Shown here one piece after another: positions 27,422 through 37,210 of a stretch of DNA of 64,000 nucleotides (within the stretch, counting starts at the first letter, position 1; the number at the start of each line of letters is the position of its first letter). The DNA comes from Candidatus Bathyarchaeota archaeon (GTDB taxonomy: Archaea; Thermoproteota; Bathyarchaeia; Bathyarchaeales; Bathycorpusculaceae). The stretch is taken from assembly GCA_963827165.1 (NCBI GenBank), contig CAWGZR010000010.1, positions 128,001 through 192,000 of the forward strand, in the 5' to 3' direction. Below the pieces are notes generated by a model, which was not told the origin of the DNA, ran no database searches, and saw only the letters and a program-made list of their open reading frames with translations. The position numbers were made by a program, and so were the translations under genes.

Positions 27422-29056
27422 TTATTTCATGATTGCTTTGAGGTCTTCATCAGGTGTCTTTATCGGCATGATGTTGAATTTTTCTACGAGTACGTTGAGT
27501 ATGCCTGGAGTTATGAAGGCGGGTAAGCTTGGTCCGATGCGGATGTCTTTTATGCCGAGGTATAGAAGTGATAGCAGAATGGCTACAGCTTTTTGTTCGT
27601 ACCATGACAGCACAAGCGACAACGGTAACTCATTGATTGACACGTCGAAAGCATCTGCTAATGCTTGCGCTATCTTAACCGCGGAGTAGGCGTCGTTGCA
27701 TTGCCCAATGTCCAGCAATCGCGGGATTTCATCGATTGAGCCCAAATCTTTGTCGAAGAAACGGAATTTGCCGCATGCTAACGTCAGGATGACTGTGTTT
27801 TTGGGTGCTTTTTCAACGAATTCCGTGTAGTAGCTTCTGCCGGGTTTCGCTCCATCGCATCCGCCAACCAAAATGAAATGTTTGATGTGACCGCTCTTTA
27901 CTGCCGCTATGACTTTATCTGCAACGCTTAGCACCGCATTTCTGCCGAAACCGACTAAAACTGTCTTGCCTTCAGAGTCTTCTTGGAACCCTGGCATTTC
28001 AAGGGCTTTCCGTATTACTGGTGAAAAATCTTTGCCGCTTATGTGCGGTACACCGGGATATCCAACGGGTCCAGTAGTGAAAATGTTGCCCAAATAGCTC
28101 TCGACAGGTCTTTGGATGCAATTGGTCGTCATCAAAATTGCTCCTGGGAAAGCCGCGAATTCTTTCTGCTGGTTCTGCCATGCAGTTCCGTAGTGACCGA
28201 AGAAGTGAGGGTACTTTTTGAGGGCTGGATAGCCATGTGTCGGTAACATCTCGCCGTGAGTGTAAACATTGATTCCTTTGCCTTCGCTTTGTTTAAGAAT
28301 CGCCTCTAAGTCGATGAGGTCATGTCCCGAGACAAGGACTGCTTTGCCTTTTTTGTGATAAAGCGGAACTTTCGTCGGTTCAGGATGCCCATAGGTTTCA
28401 GTGTTTCCCGCATCTAGTAATTCCATTGCGCGAACATTGATTTCTCCACATTTGAAAACTAAACCGACAAACTCGTTAGACCCGAGAGACTTGTCAAGCG
28501 GAGCAGCAAGTCCCAAATTTACGAAATCGAAAACTTTAGCGTCTTTTTTACCCAGAAGTGCAGCGTGGTATGAGTAGGCAGCGACTCCTTTTAACCCGTA
28601 AGTAAGTAGCCACTGAAGCGAATGCAGATCTGGATCAATGGCTGGGCCAGAGTTTATCCCGAATTGTTTTCCCTGCGATACCAACCCCGCTGTGGTTTTT
28701 TCGAGTTGCAAATTGAATGTTGAGTTGATTTTGCCTTTCATGGCGACTATTCTGCTGCGTAGTTGCTCTTGGTATTGCGCTGTTTTCCTGATGTAGGTGG
28801 TTATAGCTTCGGGGTCGAAGTTGACGTTTGTTAAAGTAACGAATAGTGCCTCGGTTGTAAAGAGGTCAATGGCTTCGTCTTTTACGCCTGCTTTTAGTGC
28901 TTCGGTTGACAATTGTCCCAGTCCGCGGAGCATGTAGACTAGCAAGTCTTGAAGTGCAGAGACATCAGCGGTTTTTCCGCATACGCCAGCAACTGTACAG
29001 CCTTGCCCTTTAGATGTTTGTTCACATTGATAACAGAACATTTGATTTTGACTCAT
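27422..29056 (-). CDS. hcp: Hybrid cluster protein (hydroxylamine reductase)
   Basis: MFCYQCEQT...GCTVAGVCGK, SGHDL, YTHGEMLP, TTNC, GGCDG, ACGK, GQCND, WYEQKA. Confidence 0.97.
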   Translation of the reverse strand: MSQNQMFCYQCEQTSKGQGCTVAGVCGKTADVSALQDLLVYMLRGLGQLSTEALKAGVKDEAIDLFTTEALFVTLTNVNFDPEAITTYIRKTAQYQEQLRSRIVAMKGKINSTFNLQLEKTTAGLVSQGKQFGINSGPAIDPDLHSLQWLLTYGLKGVAAYSYHAALLGKKDAKVFDFVNLGLAAPLDKSLGSNEFVGLVFKCGEINVRAMELLDAGNTETYGHPEPTKVPLYHKKGKAVLVSGHDLIDLEAILKQSEGKGINVYTHGEMLPTHGYPALKKYPHFFGHYGTAWQNQQKEFAAFPGAILMTTNCIQRPVESYLGNIFTTGPVGYPGVPHISGKDFSPVIRKALEMPGFQEDSEGKTVLVGFGRNAVLSVADKVIAAVKSGHIKHFILVGGCDGAKPGRSYYTEFVEKAPKNTVILTLACGKFRFFDKDLGSIDEIPRLLDIGQCNDAYSAVKIAQALADAFDVSINELPLSLVLSWYEQKAVAILLSLLYLGIKDIRIGPSLPAFITPGILNVLVEKFNIMPIKTPDEDLKAIMK

Positions 29057-29122
29057 ATTTTGTCCCTGTTTAACACTTCGGCTTCATTCCAGATAGTCAT
29101 TGTCCCTAACAACTTAGGGATT

Positions 29123-30076
29123 TCAAAATTTCGTGAAGTCAATTCCAAACCTCTCAGACAACTTGGGCAAATCGTTCAAGATATATACGAAGGCGTGACC
29201 CACCCAACCGTTCCACCTGTTTTCCGCAATCTTTCTCAAGGCGGGGATAACCTCCCGAGGCTCACTTGGCTTCTTGCCCTCAAACAAGACGTTGAAGATC
29301 TTAGCGCTCCAAACATCAAGCGGAAAACCCATCCGCGGCATAACAAGCTCCGCAGAATAATCGCCGATTCCCCGAAGGGTAAGAAGCGCTTTTCTTGCAT
29401 CTTCAGGTGGCATAAGCGACAACTCATCTATGGAAGGAAAGCCTTGATTTAGAGTTTCCGCGATTGCTTTGAGGTTTTTAGCTCTGTACCCCAGTTTAGC
29501 CTTCGACATCAACTCTTCAGCAGACACTTCAGCAATTGTTTTGGTCGATGGCCAATAACGCATGGTTTTGCCTTCGAAGCTGGCTTTGTCACCGAACTCG
29601 GTAATTAAGAAGTCCATCATTTGGTTGCTGCGTTTCATCGGCGCCATCTGTAAAGTCACAGCCAAAATCAAAGCGGGAAACAGCTCAGGCCAACCGACCG
29701 TATGCATCCCACAAAGATCTTTGACAACGCCACCCAAAATGTCGTCTTTTTCAGCCAAAGCATAGAATTCACAAAGGTCTTCTTCCGTTTTCAAAGCACG
29801 CTCTAACATGCATTTTATTCCTTGTTTTTCCGAGGCAGCAACGTCGATTTTGGAATATACAATGCATTGTATTTGGGGTTTTCGCGCGGTGCCTGTTGAC
29901 CAAATCTTCAACCCTAACAGTTCACTATTGAACCGCGTCAGAGTCCAACAGACTCCGGATTCGAATACTTCGTCGGGTGTTGACCACCACCATCCAGCGG
30001 GTTTCCGCATTGTCAATTCGAAGTTGTAAGGCGGGATAGGCTTGAATTCGGCGGAGAATGCTTCTTTCAAATTCAA
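29123..30076 (-). CDS. HhH-GPD DNA glycosylase (AlkA/3-methyladenine glycosylase-like)
   Basis: PYNFELT, LGYRAK, LLTLRGIGDYSAE (HhH), FPLDVW. Confidence 0.88.
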   Translation of the reverse strand: MNLKEAFSAEFKPIPPYNFELTMRKPAGWWWSTPDEVFESGVCWTLTRFNSELLGLKIWSTGTARKPQIQCIVYSKIDVAASEKQGIKCMLERALKTEEDLCEFYALAEKDDILGGVVKDLCGMHTVGWPELFPALILAVTLQMAPMKRSNQMMDFLITEFGDKASFEGKTMRYWPSTKTIAEVSAEELMSKAKLGYRAKNLKAIAETLNQGFPSIDELSLMPPEDARKALLTLRGIGDYSAELVMPRMGFPLDVWSAKIFNVLFEGKKPSEPREVIPALRKIAENRWNGWVGHAFVYILNDLPKLSERFGIDFTKF

Positions 30077-30246
30077 AATAGAACCCTAATTATCCAAAGT
30101 GACGCAAACATTAAAAACATTGCATCAAACTTTTGTGACACCCCGGATTTTTCGATTGTTTAAGTCATTAATTATTGCCAAAAATTCTAAAACAGAAGTA
30201 GATAAGTGGATGAAAATGGCTTATTTGTTCAGGTGAAGCAGACTTC

Positions 30247-31956
30247 ATGAAGCGGAGAAAAATTGCGGTTGCTCTAGCGCTTATAGCAATCATAACTGTA
30301 TCCTTTTTTGTAGCGTCAAATCTGCTTGCGCCCGCAAAGCAAACCCTAGTTTCGCCTAAGCCTTTCTACGTGGGAATTGAGACAGGATGGAACGCCACGG
30401 TTGTGCAATGTGAGGCGGTTATTGACGAAGTTAAAGGCTACACCAACATGTACATTATTGCGTCGCCGCAAGTCATCAAGAACGAGACTGCGCTCAACCA
30501 AGTGTGCGACTACGCCTACGCAGCTGGATTGTACTTTATGCCGGAGTTCTACGAACAGTTCTTCCTCAACGACACAGGCTATATTCCCTCCGAATGGTTC
30601 ACTGCAGCTAAAGAGCGGTATGGAGACCATCTCCTAGGCGTCTACTATTATGATGAACCAGCAGGAAGCCAACTGGACACCACCCAAATAATAAAAAACA
30701 ATCCAGTCATAACGCCGACGTCCCCAGCAAAAAGCTACCTGGACTATACCAACTACTTCTCTTGGCTTTGGACCCATGGCAGCGGCGGTGGCTTAGCTGA
30801 AACTTCCAGTTTCTTTAGAAGCGCAAACTCTTCGCTGTTCACTTCAGATTACGGCTTGTACTGGTTCGACTATGAACTGGGGTACAACACGGTTTTGGCT
30901 CAGTTCGGCTGGAACAACAGCAGACCTATGCAAATCAGTTTGGTTCGGGGAGCATCAGAGGCTCAGAACCAAAGTTGGGGCGCAATTGTAACCTGGACAT
31001 ATAATGGAACGATGAATGGGGGAACCTACTTGGAGCCACCTTCGCAGATGTACAGCGATATGGTTTTGGCTTACAACTGCGGTGCATCATACGTATCTAT
31101 CTATGATTCAACCCAAAATTACGTTAACACCACTTTGACCCCAGCGTATTACAGCAAGCTGCAGGATTTTTGGAATTATGTCCAACAGAATCCAGAAGAA
31201 CACGGAAGCCAAAAAGCAACTACTGCAGTAGTACTTCCGCAAGATTACGGTTTCGGGTTCCGAAGCCAAACTGATTCAGTATGGCAATATCACACTACCA
31301 CAAGCTGGTCCCAACAACTCTACTTCAACATCACAAGCCTTCTCGCCTCAAAAAAATCAGGCGTAGACATTGTTTACAGCGACCCGCAGTTCCTAAATGC
31401 GATAAAAAGCGAATACGAAAAAATCCTTTATTGGCCGCAAGATTTTGAAAATGGCGTAAGCTATCAGGTTGTGGACTTGAATAACAGTTTAGGATACAAC
31501 ACGATCCAAAACGCCGAGTCATCATTCGCAACCTACGAAGGCCACACCCTGCTGGTTAAGCCTGGGACCTACCAGGAAAACGTTGCAGTCAACAAACCCT
31601 TAACGTTAACCAGCCAAAACAACCAGTCCACCATAATCGAAGGTTTCGATAACGGAACCGCCCTAACGATTAGTACCGACAACGTCACCTTATATAGTTT
31701 CACGTTGGAAAACAGCCCCTACCCCACATCTACAGTGGGCACAGGAATCCTTCTTGAAAATGCCCATAACTGCTCAATAACTAACAATTTAGTCGCCGGC
31801 AACTACATCGGAATCCTTCTCGTAAACTCCACCTACAACGTATTTAGAAACAACGAAATCAGCGGCAACACCTACAATTTGATCCTTCAAAATTCAGAAC
31901 CCAACAGCATAGACAATTCAAACCTGATCGGCGACAAACCATACAGTGGAAGCTAA
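30247..31956 (+). CDS. Secreted/anchored protein: putative TIM-barrel domain plus short NosD/CASH beta-helix
   Basis: Signal/anchor MKRRKIAVALALIA; GVYYYDEPAG, FTSDYGLYWFDY, RGA...WGAIVTW; C-terminal YNTIQNA...VKPGTYQENV..GILL..N repeats. Confidence 0.7.
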   Translation: MKRRKIAVALALIAIITVSFFVASNLLAPAKQTLVSPKPFYVGIETGWNATVVQCEAVIDEVKGYTNMYIIASPQVIKNETALNQVCDYAYAAGLYFMPEFYEQFFLNDTGYIPSEWFTAAKERYGDHLLGVYYYDEPAGSQLDTTQIIKNNPVITPTSPAKSYLDYTNYFSWLWTHGSGGGLAETSSFFRSANSSLFTSDYGLYWFDYELGYNTVLAQFGWNNSRPMQISLVRGASEAQNQSWGAIVTWTYNGTMNGGTYLEPPSQMYSDMVLAYNCGASYVSIYDSTQNYVNTTLTPAYYSKLQDFWNYVQQNPEEHGSQKATTAVVLPQDYGFGFRSQTDSVWQYHTTTSWSQQLYFNITSLLASKKSGVDIVYSDPQFLNAIKSEYEKILYWPQDFENGVSYQVVDLNNSLGYNTIQNAESSFATYEGHTLLVKPGTYQENVAVNKPLTLTSQNNQSTIIEGFDNGTALTISTDNVTLYSFTLENSPYPTSTVGTGILLENAHNCSITNNLVAGNYIGILLVNSTYNVFRNNEISGNTYNLILQNSEPNSIDNSNLIGDKPYSGS

Positions 31957-32071
31957 TTTCTCCAAGGGTTAACCCCCTGGTTTCCCATAGAAGGCGCTTG
32001 TTGTAGGCATCGCACAGTCACAACTTCTAAAGAGCCTCACTTAAATCCCATTTTAAGTTGAGGCAAAAATT

Positions 32072-32650
32072 TTGAAGATCGCAATTATCGGAAAAGGCAA
32101 CGTTGGCAGCGCGTTAGGTAAGGGTTTAGGTGGCAAACATGAAGTGAAATTTGGTCACCGAGACCCCAAGGAGCCAGTTGCTGACGCAGCAAAATGGGGA
32201 GAGGTAATAATTTTGGCGGTGCAACACAACAATGCCGATGATGCGATAAAAGAAATTAAGCCTTACGCAGACGGAAAAGTGGTTATCGACGTCACGAACG
32301 CCGTAGGATCAAACGGAGATCTGGGAATAAGCTGCACAACGTCCACTGGGGAGGAAACACAGAAAAAGCTGCCTAAGGCGCGGGTTGTCAAAGCGTTCAA
32401 CACAGTTTTCGCAGGCAACCAAAGCACGGGCAAAGTTGGTCAAGAACAGTTGTCGGCTTTTATCGCCGGCGATGACGCGAAAGCTAAACAAACAGTCGCC
32501 GAGTTAACGCGGGACATCGGGTTCGACCCAGTGGACTGCGGACCCCTCAAAGCCGCCCGGTACCTTGACGCAATGGGAATAATGATAATCCAACTGGCCT
32601 ACAGCTACGGGATGGGAGCAAAAATAGGCTACAGACTGGTCAAAGCTTAA
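32072..32650 (+). CDS. NADP oxidoreductase, F420-dependent family (Fno-like)
   Basis: MKIAIIGKGNVG, VIDVTN, VVKAFNT, AGDD..AK, GFDPVDCGPL. Confidence 0.9.
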   Translation: MKIAIIGKGNVGSALGKGLGGKHEVKFGHRDPKEPVADAAKWGEVIILAVQHNNADDAIKEIKPYADGKVVIDVTNAVGSNGDLGISCTTSTGEETQKKLPKARVVKAFNTVFAGNQSTGKVGQEQLSAFIAGDDAKAKQTVAELTRDIGFDPVDCGPLKAARYLDAMGIMIIQLAYSYGMGAKIGYRLVKA

Positions 32651-32739
32651 GCTGGCGTAGAAATCGCCGAAATCAACTATCTATTTTAACCGCGTACGCC
32701 ACTTTAGAGTCATCGCAGTCAACCGTATGGCGGAGTTAA

Positions 32740-33255
32740 ATGAGCAGTGATTTTCCGAAAACTTTCGCAGTAGCCGCGCTTATTGTCGTTTTGCTAGCCG
32801 TCGCCGTATTTGGAATAATCGTGGGGTACAATTTGAAACCGCCGACAACTGCAGGCGGCAGCTCTACTAGCAAAACCGCAGACATCACATTGGTGGTTCA
32901 AAGTGATTTAACTTTGGGTCCTGATGGCAAACTGCATGACAGCTTTGTTCCCTGTGACTTCACCGTCTACGCAAATCAAGCAGTCAACCTCACGGTCGTA
33001 AATTATGACAACGGAGAGCACTCCTTTACCAGCCCAAGCTTGGGAGTGAACTTCATTATACCACCAAGCAACGCCACAGGAGTTCCCAAAGTGTCTAATT
33101 TCCAGTTTAGCGAACCCACCGCAGGCATCTATCGCTGGTACTGCACCTTCCCATGCGACACTGATGCAGGAGGCTGGGCGATGACCACCGGCAGCGATGG
33201 CCAACCCGACCAAATCGGCTTCATGGGCGGATTCGTGACAGTCCTGCCGAGTTAG
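32740..33255 (+). CDS. Membrane-anchored cupredoxin-domain protein
   Basis: TM anchor; VVNYDNGEHSF, GIYRWYCTFPC...GFMGGFVTV. Confidence 0.75.
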   Translation: MSSDFPKTFAVAALIVVLLAVAVFGIIVGYNLKPPTTAGGSSTSKTADITLVVQSDLTLGPDGKLHDSFVPCDFTVYANQAVNLTVVNYDNGEHSFTSPSLGVNFIIPPSNATGVPKVSNFQFSEPTAGIYRWYCTFPCDTDAGGWAMTTGSDGQPDQIGFMGGFVTVLPS

Positions 33256-33401
33256 GTCATTAATGCAGTTTTTTCCTAAATATCCGAGAGATTTGTAAAA
33301 GAATACCCGAAAGCGGTTTGGGATATTAGTTTTTGAGGGAAAAGTTTAAGGGTTAAAGTAAGTTATGGTTTGCCGTATTCCCAATCTTTGAGGTTTATAG
33401 T

Positions 33402-33959
33402 TTGGCAACTAAACTTGAATCAATTGAAGAGCGTAAGGCTGAAGTCCTGATTAAACTTCGAAAATACAAGCTTATTGAAAAAGAAAAAGGCAAGTATGAA
33501 GGCGCAATATCCTACATAATTGATATTCCGCAGGACAAAGAAAAAGCGTTGATCTGGTGTATTTTGGGCGAAGCGACTGTTGGCATCGCTGCAATGAACA
33601 CCCTTTATAAAGTGATGAAGGAAAAAGAAATTGATCGCGCAATAGTCGTCACAGAAGGACGTTACACGCATGCGGTGAAACTCGGCGCAAAAAAGAAAGC
33701 GGTTGAACTGCTACCCAAATCTTTCCCAGTCTTTGACATTTTCGAACACGCCCTTGTGCCGCTGCATGAAATCCTAACTGAAAAAGAAAAAACACAGCTT
33801 CTAACCCAATACAAAGTTAAGCCTTACCAAATGCCGCAGATAAAGTCAGGCGACCCAGCAGTCAAAGCGATCGGTGCGAAGCCGGGCGACATACTCAGAA
33901 TTACCAGAAAAAGCACCACCGCCGGCGAACACTTAACCTACAGGTACGTAGTAGAATAA
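33402..33959 (+). CDS. rpoH: RNA polymerase subunit Rpo5/RpoH with N-terminal RPB5-like jaw domain
   Basis: C-terminal [10 protein letters not shown]...[30 protein letters not shown]...YRYVV; about 105 extra N-terminal residues. Confidence 0.9.
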   Translation: MATKLESIEERKAEVLIKLRKYKLIEKEKGKYEGAISYIIDIPQDKEKALIWCILGEATVGIAAMNTLYKVMKEKEIDRAIVVTEGRYTHAVKLGAKKKAVELLPKSFPVFDIFEHALVPLHEILTEKEKTQLLTQYKVKPYQMPQIKSGDPAVKAIGAKPGDILRITRKSTTAGEHLTYRYVVE

Positions 33960-34027
33960 AAAATAATCCCACAATCCCATTTTATTGGGCTATAAAATCT
34001 TGTGCATCTACAGATTCTTTGTTATAA

Positions 34028-35583
34028 CCGTAACTCTGCAAATTTACCCCTAGAAAGTGGATTCTACGCTTGATTTCACCCTATTTCAGGTGTATAAGCG
34101 CAAACCTTAAATTCTATTACCCCTATATTTACCCCTATGCAAGGCGCGCCAGAACCAATACTTCAAACATTTCAGGAAATAAAAGCCAAAGAAAACACGC
34201 GCCTAGAACTAAGAAGAATAAACGGCTACTACTACCTATACAAAGCACGCAACGTATGGAACAAGCAACAGAAAAAGCAAACAAAAATCACACAGATCAT
34301 AGGCTCAATAACCCAAGACGGAACCTTCAAACCTAAACGACAAAAAACCAAGGTCTCAACTACGCAAATCTACGAATACGGCAACGCAGAACTCTGCCTA
34401 AAACTCAGCCAAGACGTCCAGAACGCCACCGCCAACCTGCCCTTAAAAAACGAGCTATTAGCGCTCTCAATCATTCGAGCAATCAACCCCGGACCCATTC
34501 GCCTCGCCCAATCGGTCTGGGAAGACACCTACACCTCAAAGAAAATAGACGTTAACCTCTCACCCAAAAACGTCTCAGACACATTGTCAACCATAGGAAA
34601 CATGGTTGAAGAAACCTACGAGCTCTTCGCCAACCTCTCACCTCAAGGCGGCATGCTCTTCTACGATTTAACCTCGGTACTCTCTTACTCCAAGAAGCTC
34701 TCGCTTGCCGAACGGGGCTACAACGCAGACTGGGAGCAGGTGAGCCAGGTTAAGGTGGCTATGGCGTTCTCGACCAGCACCTGGCTACCCGTAGCCGTGG
34801 ATGTTTTCTATGGGTCGCTTAAAGAGACAAAGGTACTCAAATATTTTGTAGAGAGGTTTCCGGGAGTAGACTTGGGCTTTGTGATGGACAGAGGCTTTAA
34901 GTCTTATGAGCTGCTGGCGGATTTGAAAAAGGAACATATCCACTACATCGCGGCGTTGATGAAGAATTCTAAGCTGCTTCCAACCTCCGCCAAGATGACT
35001 GGGACTTTTGAGTATGGGAAGAAGAGAATGATCGCTTTTTGCAAGAAAAGCAACAGGCCATATGGTTTTCTGTATCTTTTCGAGGATCCTGTGTTGCGTG
35101 AAGAGGGAGAGGAGTTTTTGCTGGGTCAGGTGAATAGGGGCGAGTTGACTATGGACGAGTATCGGTTGGAGCGGCGTATGGCTGGGGTTTTCGGTATCGT
35201 GTCTGATCTGGATGTTGAGGCGCAGGTTGTTTATGAGCAGTATAAGGAGCGGGAGGAGATTGAGCAGGCGTTTGATTTTATGAAGAATGATTTGGAGGCT
35301 GACAAGACCTATCTGAGCAGGGACGAGGCGGTTAGGGGGTATTTTGTGGTTGTGTTTTTGGCTATGAGGATCTATTTCAAGATTCTGAAGAGGTTGCGAG
35401 AGAAGGGTTTGGTTGGCAAGGTTTCTGTTAGGGAAGTATTGTTTGCTCTTTCCAAGATGAGGATGATTGTTGAGAAGAGCGGAAATGAATATTTGTGTGC
35501 TCTTCCAAAGAAGACTGAGCAGATTCTTGAAGTTTTTTCAGACTTAATTACCGTTACCTAGGGGTAAAACGGTGAAGTTACGG
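34028..35583 (+). mobile_element. Insertion sequence, IS1634-like, apparently intact
   Basis: 26-bp imperfect TIRs CCGTAACTCTGCAAATTTACCCCTAG / revcomp CCGTAACTTCACCGTTTTACCCCTAG; flanking TTATAA at 34022-34027 and 35584-35589 (6-bp TSD). Confidence 0.92.
34137..35561 (+). CDS. DDE transposase (IS1634/IS4 superfamily)
   Basis: LFYDLTS (D), VMDRGF (D), YKEREEIEQAFDFMK (Y-R-E-K signature). Confidence 0.93.
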   Translation: MQGAPEPILQTFQEIKAKENTRLELRRINGYYYLYKARNVWNKQQKKQTKITQIIGSITQDGTFKPKRQKTKVSTTQIYEYGNAELCLKLSQDVQNATANLPLKNELLALSIIRAINPGPIRLAQSVWEDTYTSKKIDVNLSPKNVSDTLSTIGNMVEETYELFANLSPQGGMLFYDLTSVLSYSKKLSLAERGYNADWEQVSQVKVAMAFSTSTWLPVAVDVFYGSLKETKVLKYFVERFPGVDLGFVMDRGFKSYELLADLKKEHIHYIAALMKNSKLLPTSAKMTGTFEYGKKRMIAFCKKSNRPYGFLYLFEDPVLREEGEEFLLGQVNRGELTMDEYRLERRMAGVFGIVSDLDVEAQVVYEQYKEREEIEQAFDFMKNDLEADKTYLSRDEAVRGYFVVVFLAMRIYFKILKRLREKGLVGKVSVREVLFALSKMRMIVEKSGNEYLCALPKKTEQILEVFSDLITVT

Positions 35584-35628
35584 TTATAAGATAAAAAAAA
35601 GGTCTATGGTCTTTTTTTACGGGAAAGA

Positions 35629-36186
35629 TCATTTGGCAATCATGACTTCCGTTGACTTCACGATTGCTTCTACTTCGTCACCCACTTTCAGATCTAAGTC
35701 TTCAACGGCGTCCTTGGTTATTACGGCAGTAACGGTGATGGGCATTTTCACTTCAACCTTTACTTTAGCCGTTATAACGCCTTTTTCCACTGCCACAACT
35801 TTTCCTTTAAAACGATTCCTTGCACTTAACTTCAAAGATTTCACCTCCAAACTTCCGGAATTTGACAAAACTTTCCCCAAATAGCTCTCAGCCTGTCTAT
35901 ACTCAACCAGCAAGTTCCGCCCCAAATCAGTCAGTTTCGCGCCGCCGCCTCCAGCCTTTCCGCCCTTGTAGGTTTCGACTATCGGCTGCTCAAGTGTTCC
36001 TTGGATATCGTGTAGATAATTCCAAACATAACGGTAGGACATACCTAAGGTTTCAGCGGCTTTCGAAATTGAGCTTTCTTTGTCGACGGCTTCTAAAATT
36101 TCTGCTCCGCCTTTCCCTATCAAAGGCGCATCTTTGTATTCTAACCAGACTTTGCATGAGAGCTTATGTTTCTTCTCAGTTGACAT
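35629..36186 (-). CDS. modE: ModE-family regulator (wHTH + TOBE)
   Basis: SISKAAETLGMSYRYVW, GGKAGGGAKLT, LSARNRFKGKV, AIVKST. Confidence 0.9.
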   Translation of the reverse strand: MSTEKKHKLSCKVWLEYKDAPLIGKGGAEILEAVDKESSISKAAETLGMSYRYVWNYLHDIQGTLEQPIVETYKGGKAGGGGAKLTDLGRNLLVEYRQAESYLGKVLSNSGSLEVKSLKLSARNRFKGKVVAVEKGVITAKVKVEVKMPITVTAVITKDAVEDLDLKVGDEVEAIVKSTEVMIAK

Positions 36187-36246
36187 TCCATTTATGGATA
36201 AGTAAAAAAGACGATATAAATCTAATCGGACGCTGCAAGAAGGGTT

Positions 36247-36431
36247 TTAGAGTTTTCTTTTTGTTTTTGTTCCGCCTAAAACAATTATAATACCTGCCGC
36301 GCCTCCGCTGAGAATCGGAAGCACCTGTGAAGAAAAATTCGTGCCTTCCATAACCGTCGACAACGCAATAATCGCCGCTGCCCAAGCTAATGCAACACTA
36401 ATTATAATGACGCGAAAGTTGCCCGTTTCAA
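36247..36431 (-). CDS. Small two-TM membrane protein (start codon out of frame by one base)
   Basis: Manual translation: GNFRVIIISVALAWAAAIIALSTVMEGTNFSSQVLPILSGGAAGIIIVLGGTKTKRKL-stop; TTG at 36431 after GAAGGCGG is in another frame. Confidence 0.5.
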
Positions 36432-36489
36432 ACCGCCTTCTCTAAATCTGTCTTCTTTAAGATTTAAAATTTCCTAAGAAAAATGAAAA

Positions 36490-37206
36490 TTAGAATTCCA
36501 ATTCTCCGTTAATGAATTTGCGTGATATTTCGCTTTTGGGCTTTTCAAAAAAGTCCGCTGGCTTGGCGACCTCAACTATTTGTCCGTTGTAGATGTGGAC
36601 TATTTCATCCGCAAGTCTTCTTGCCTGCGTGAGGTCATGAGTCGCCATCATTATGATGCGCTGCGCATTTTTTCTACTGACAATTGCTTTTTCGATAATG
36701 ACTGCGTTGTTAGGGTCCAAATTAGCTGTCGGCTCATCCAAAAGCATAACATAAGGTTCAACAAGAAAAGCTCGGGCTAAAGCGATCCTCTGCTGTTCAC
36801 CGCCTGAAGTCTTCCTTGCCCTACGCTTCTCAAACCCTGAAAGCCTCACAGACTGCAAAGCCTCAGACACCTTTTTTGCGATTTCATCCCGGGGTACTTT
36901 TCTTATTCGCAAGCCATAGGCTAAGTTATCGTACACGTTGCTGCTGAACATTATGCTCTTTTGGAAAACGAGCGTGGAGACCTTGCGGAGAGCTTTGCAG
37001 TCGATGAGTTGATTGTTGAGCAATAGTTGTCCCGCGTCAGCGGTTTCTAAGCCAGCTATAATCCGCATAAGCGTTGTTTTACCTGCGCCGTTCACGCCTA
37101 AGAGAACAATGATTTTGCCTCCCTGCAGGTCAAGCGACACGCAATTTAGCGCTTCAACGTCGCGATATTTCTTTTTTACGTCTATTAACTGAAGGCTGAC
37201 GCTCAA
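36490..37206 (-). CDS. tupC: Tungstate ABC transporter ATP-binding subunit
   Basis: GVNGAGKTT, SGGEQQR, LLDEPTANLD, ATHD; operon with tupA/tupB. Confidence 0.9.
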   Translation of the reverse strand: MSVSLQLIDVKKKYRDVEALNCVSLDLQGGKIIVLLGVNGAGKTTLMRIIAGLETADAGQLLLNNQLIDCKALRKVSTLVFQKSIMFSSNVYDNLAYGLRIRKVPRDEIAKKVSEALQSVRLSGFEKRRARKTSGGEQQRIALARAFLVEPYVMLLDEPTANLDPNNAVIIEKAIVSRKNAQRIIMMATHDLTQARRLADEIVHIYNGQIVEVAKPADFFEKPKSEISRKFINGELEF

Positions 37207-37210
37207 GTCC

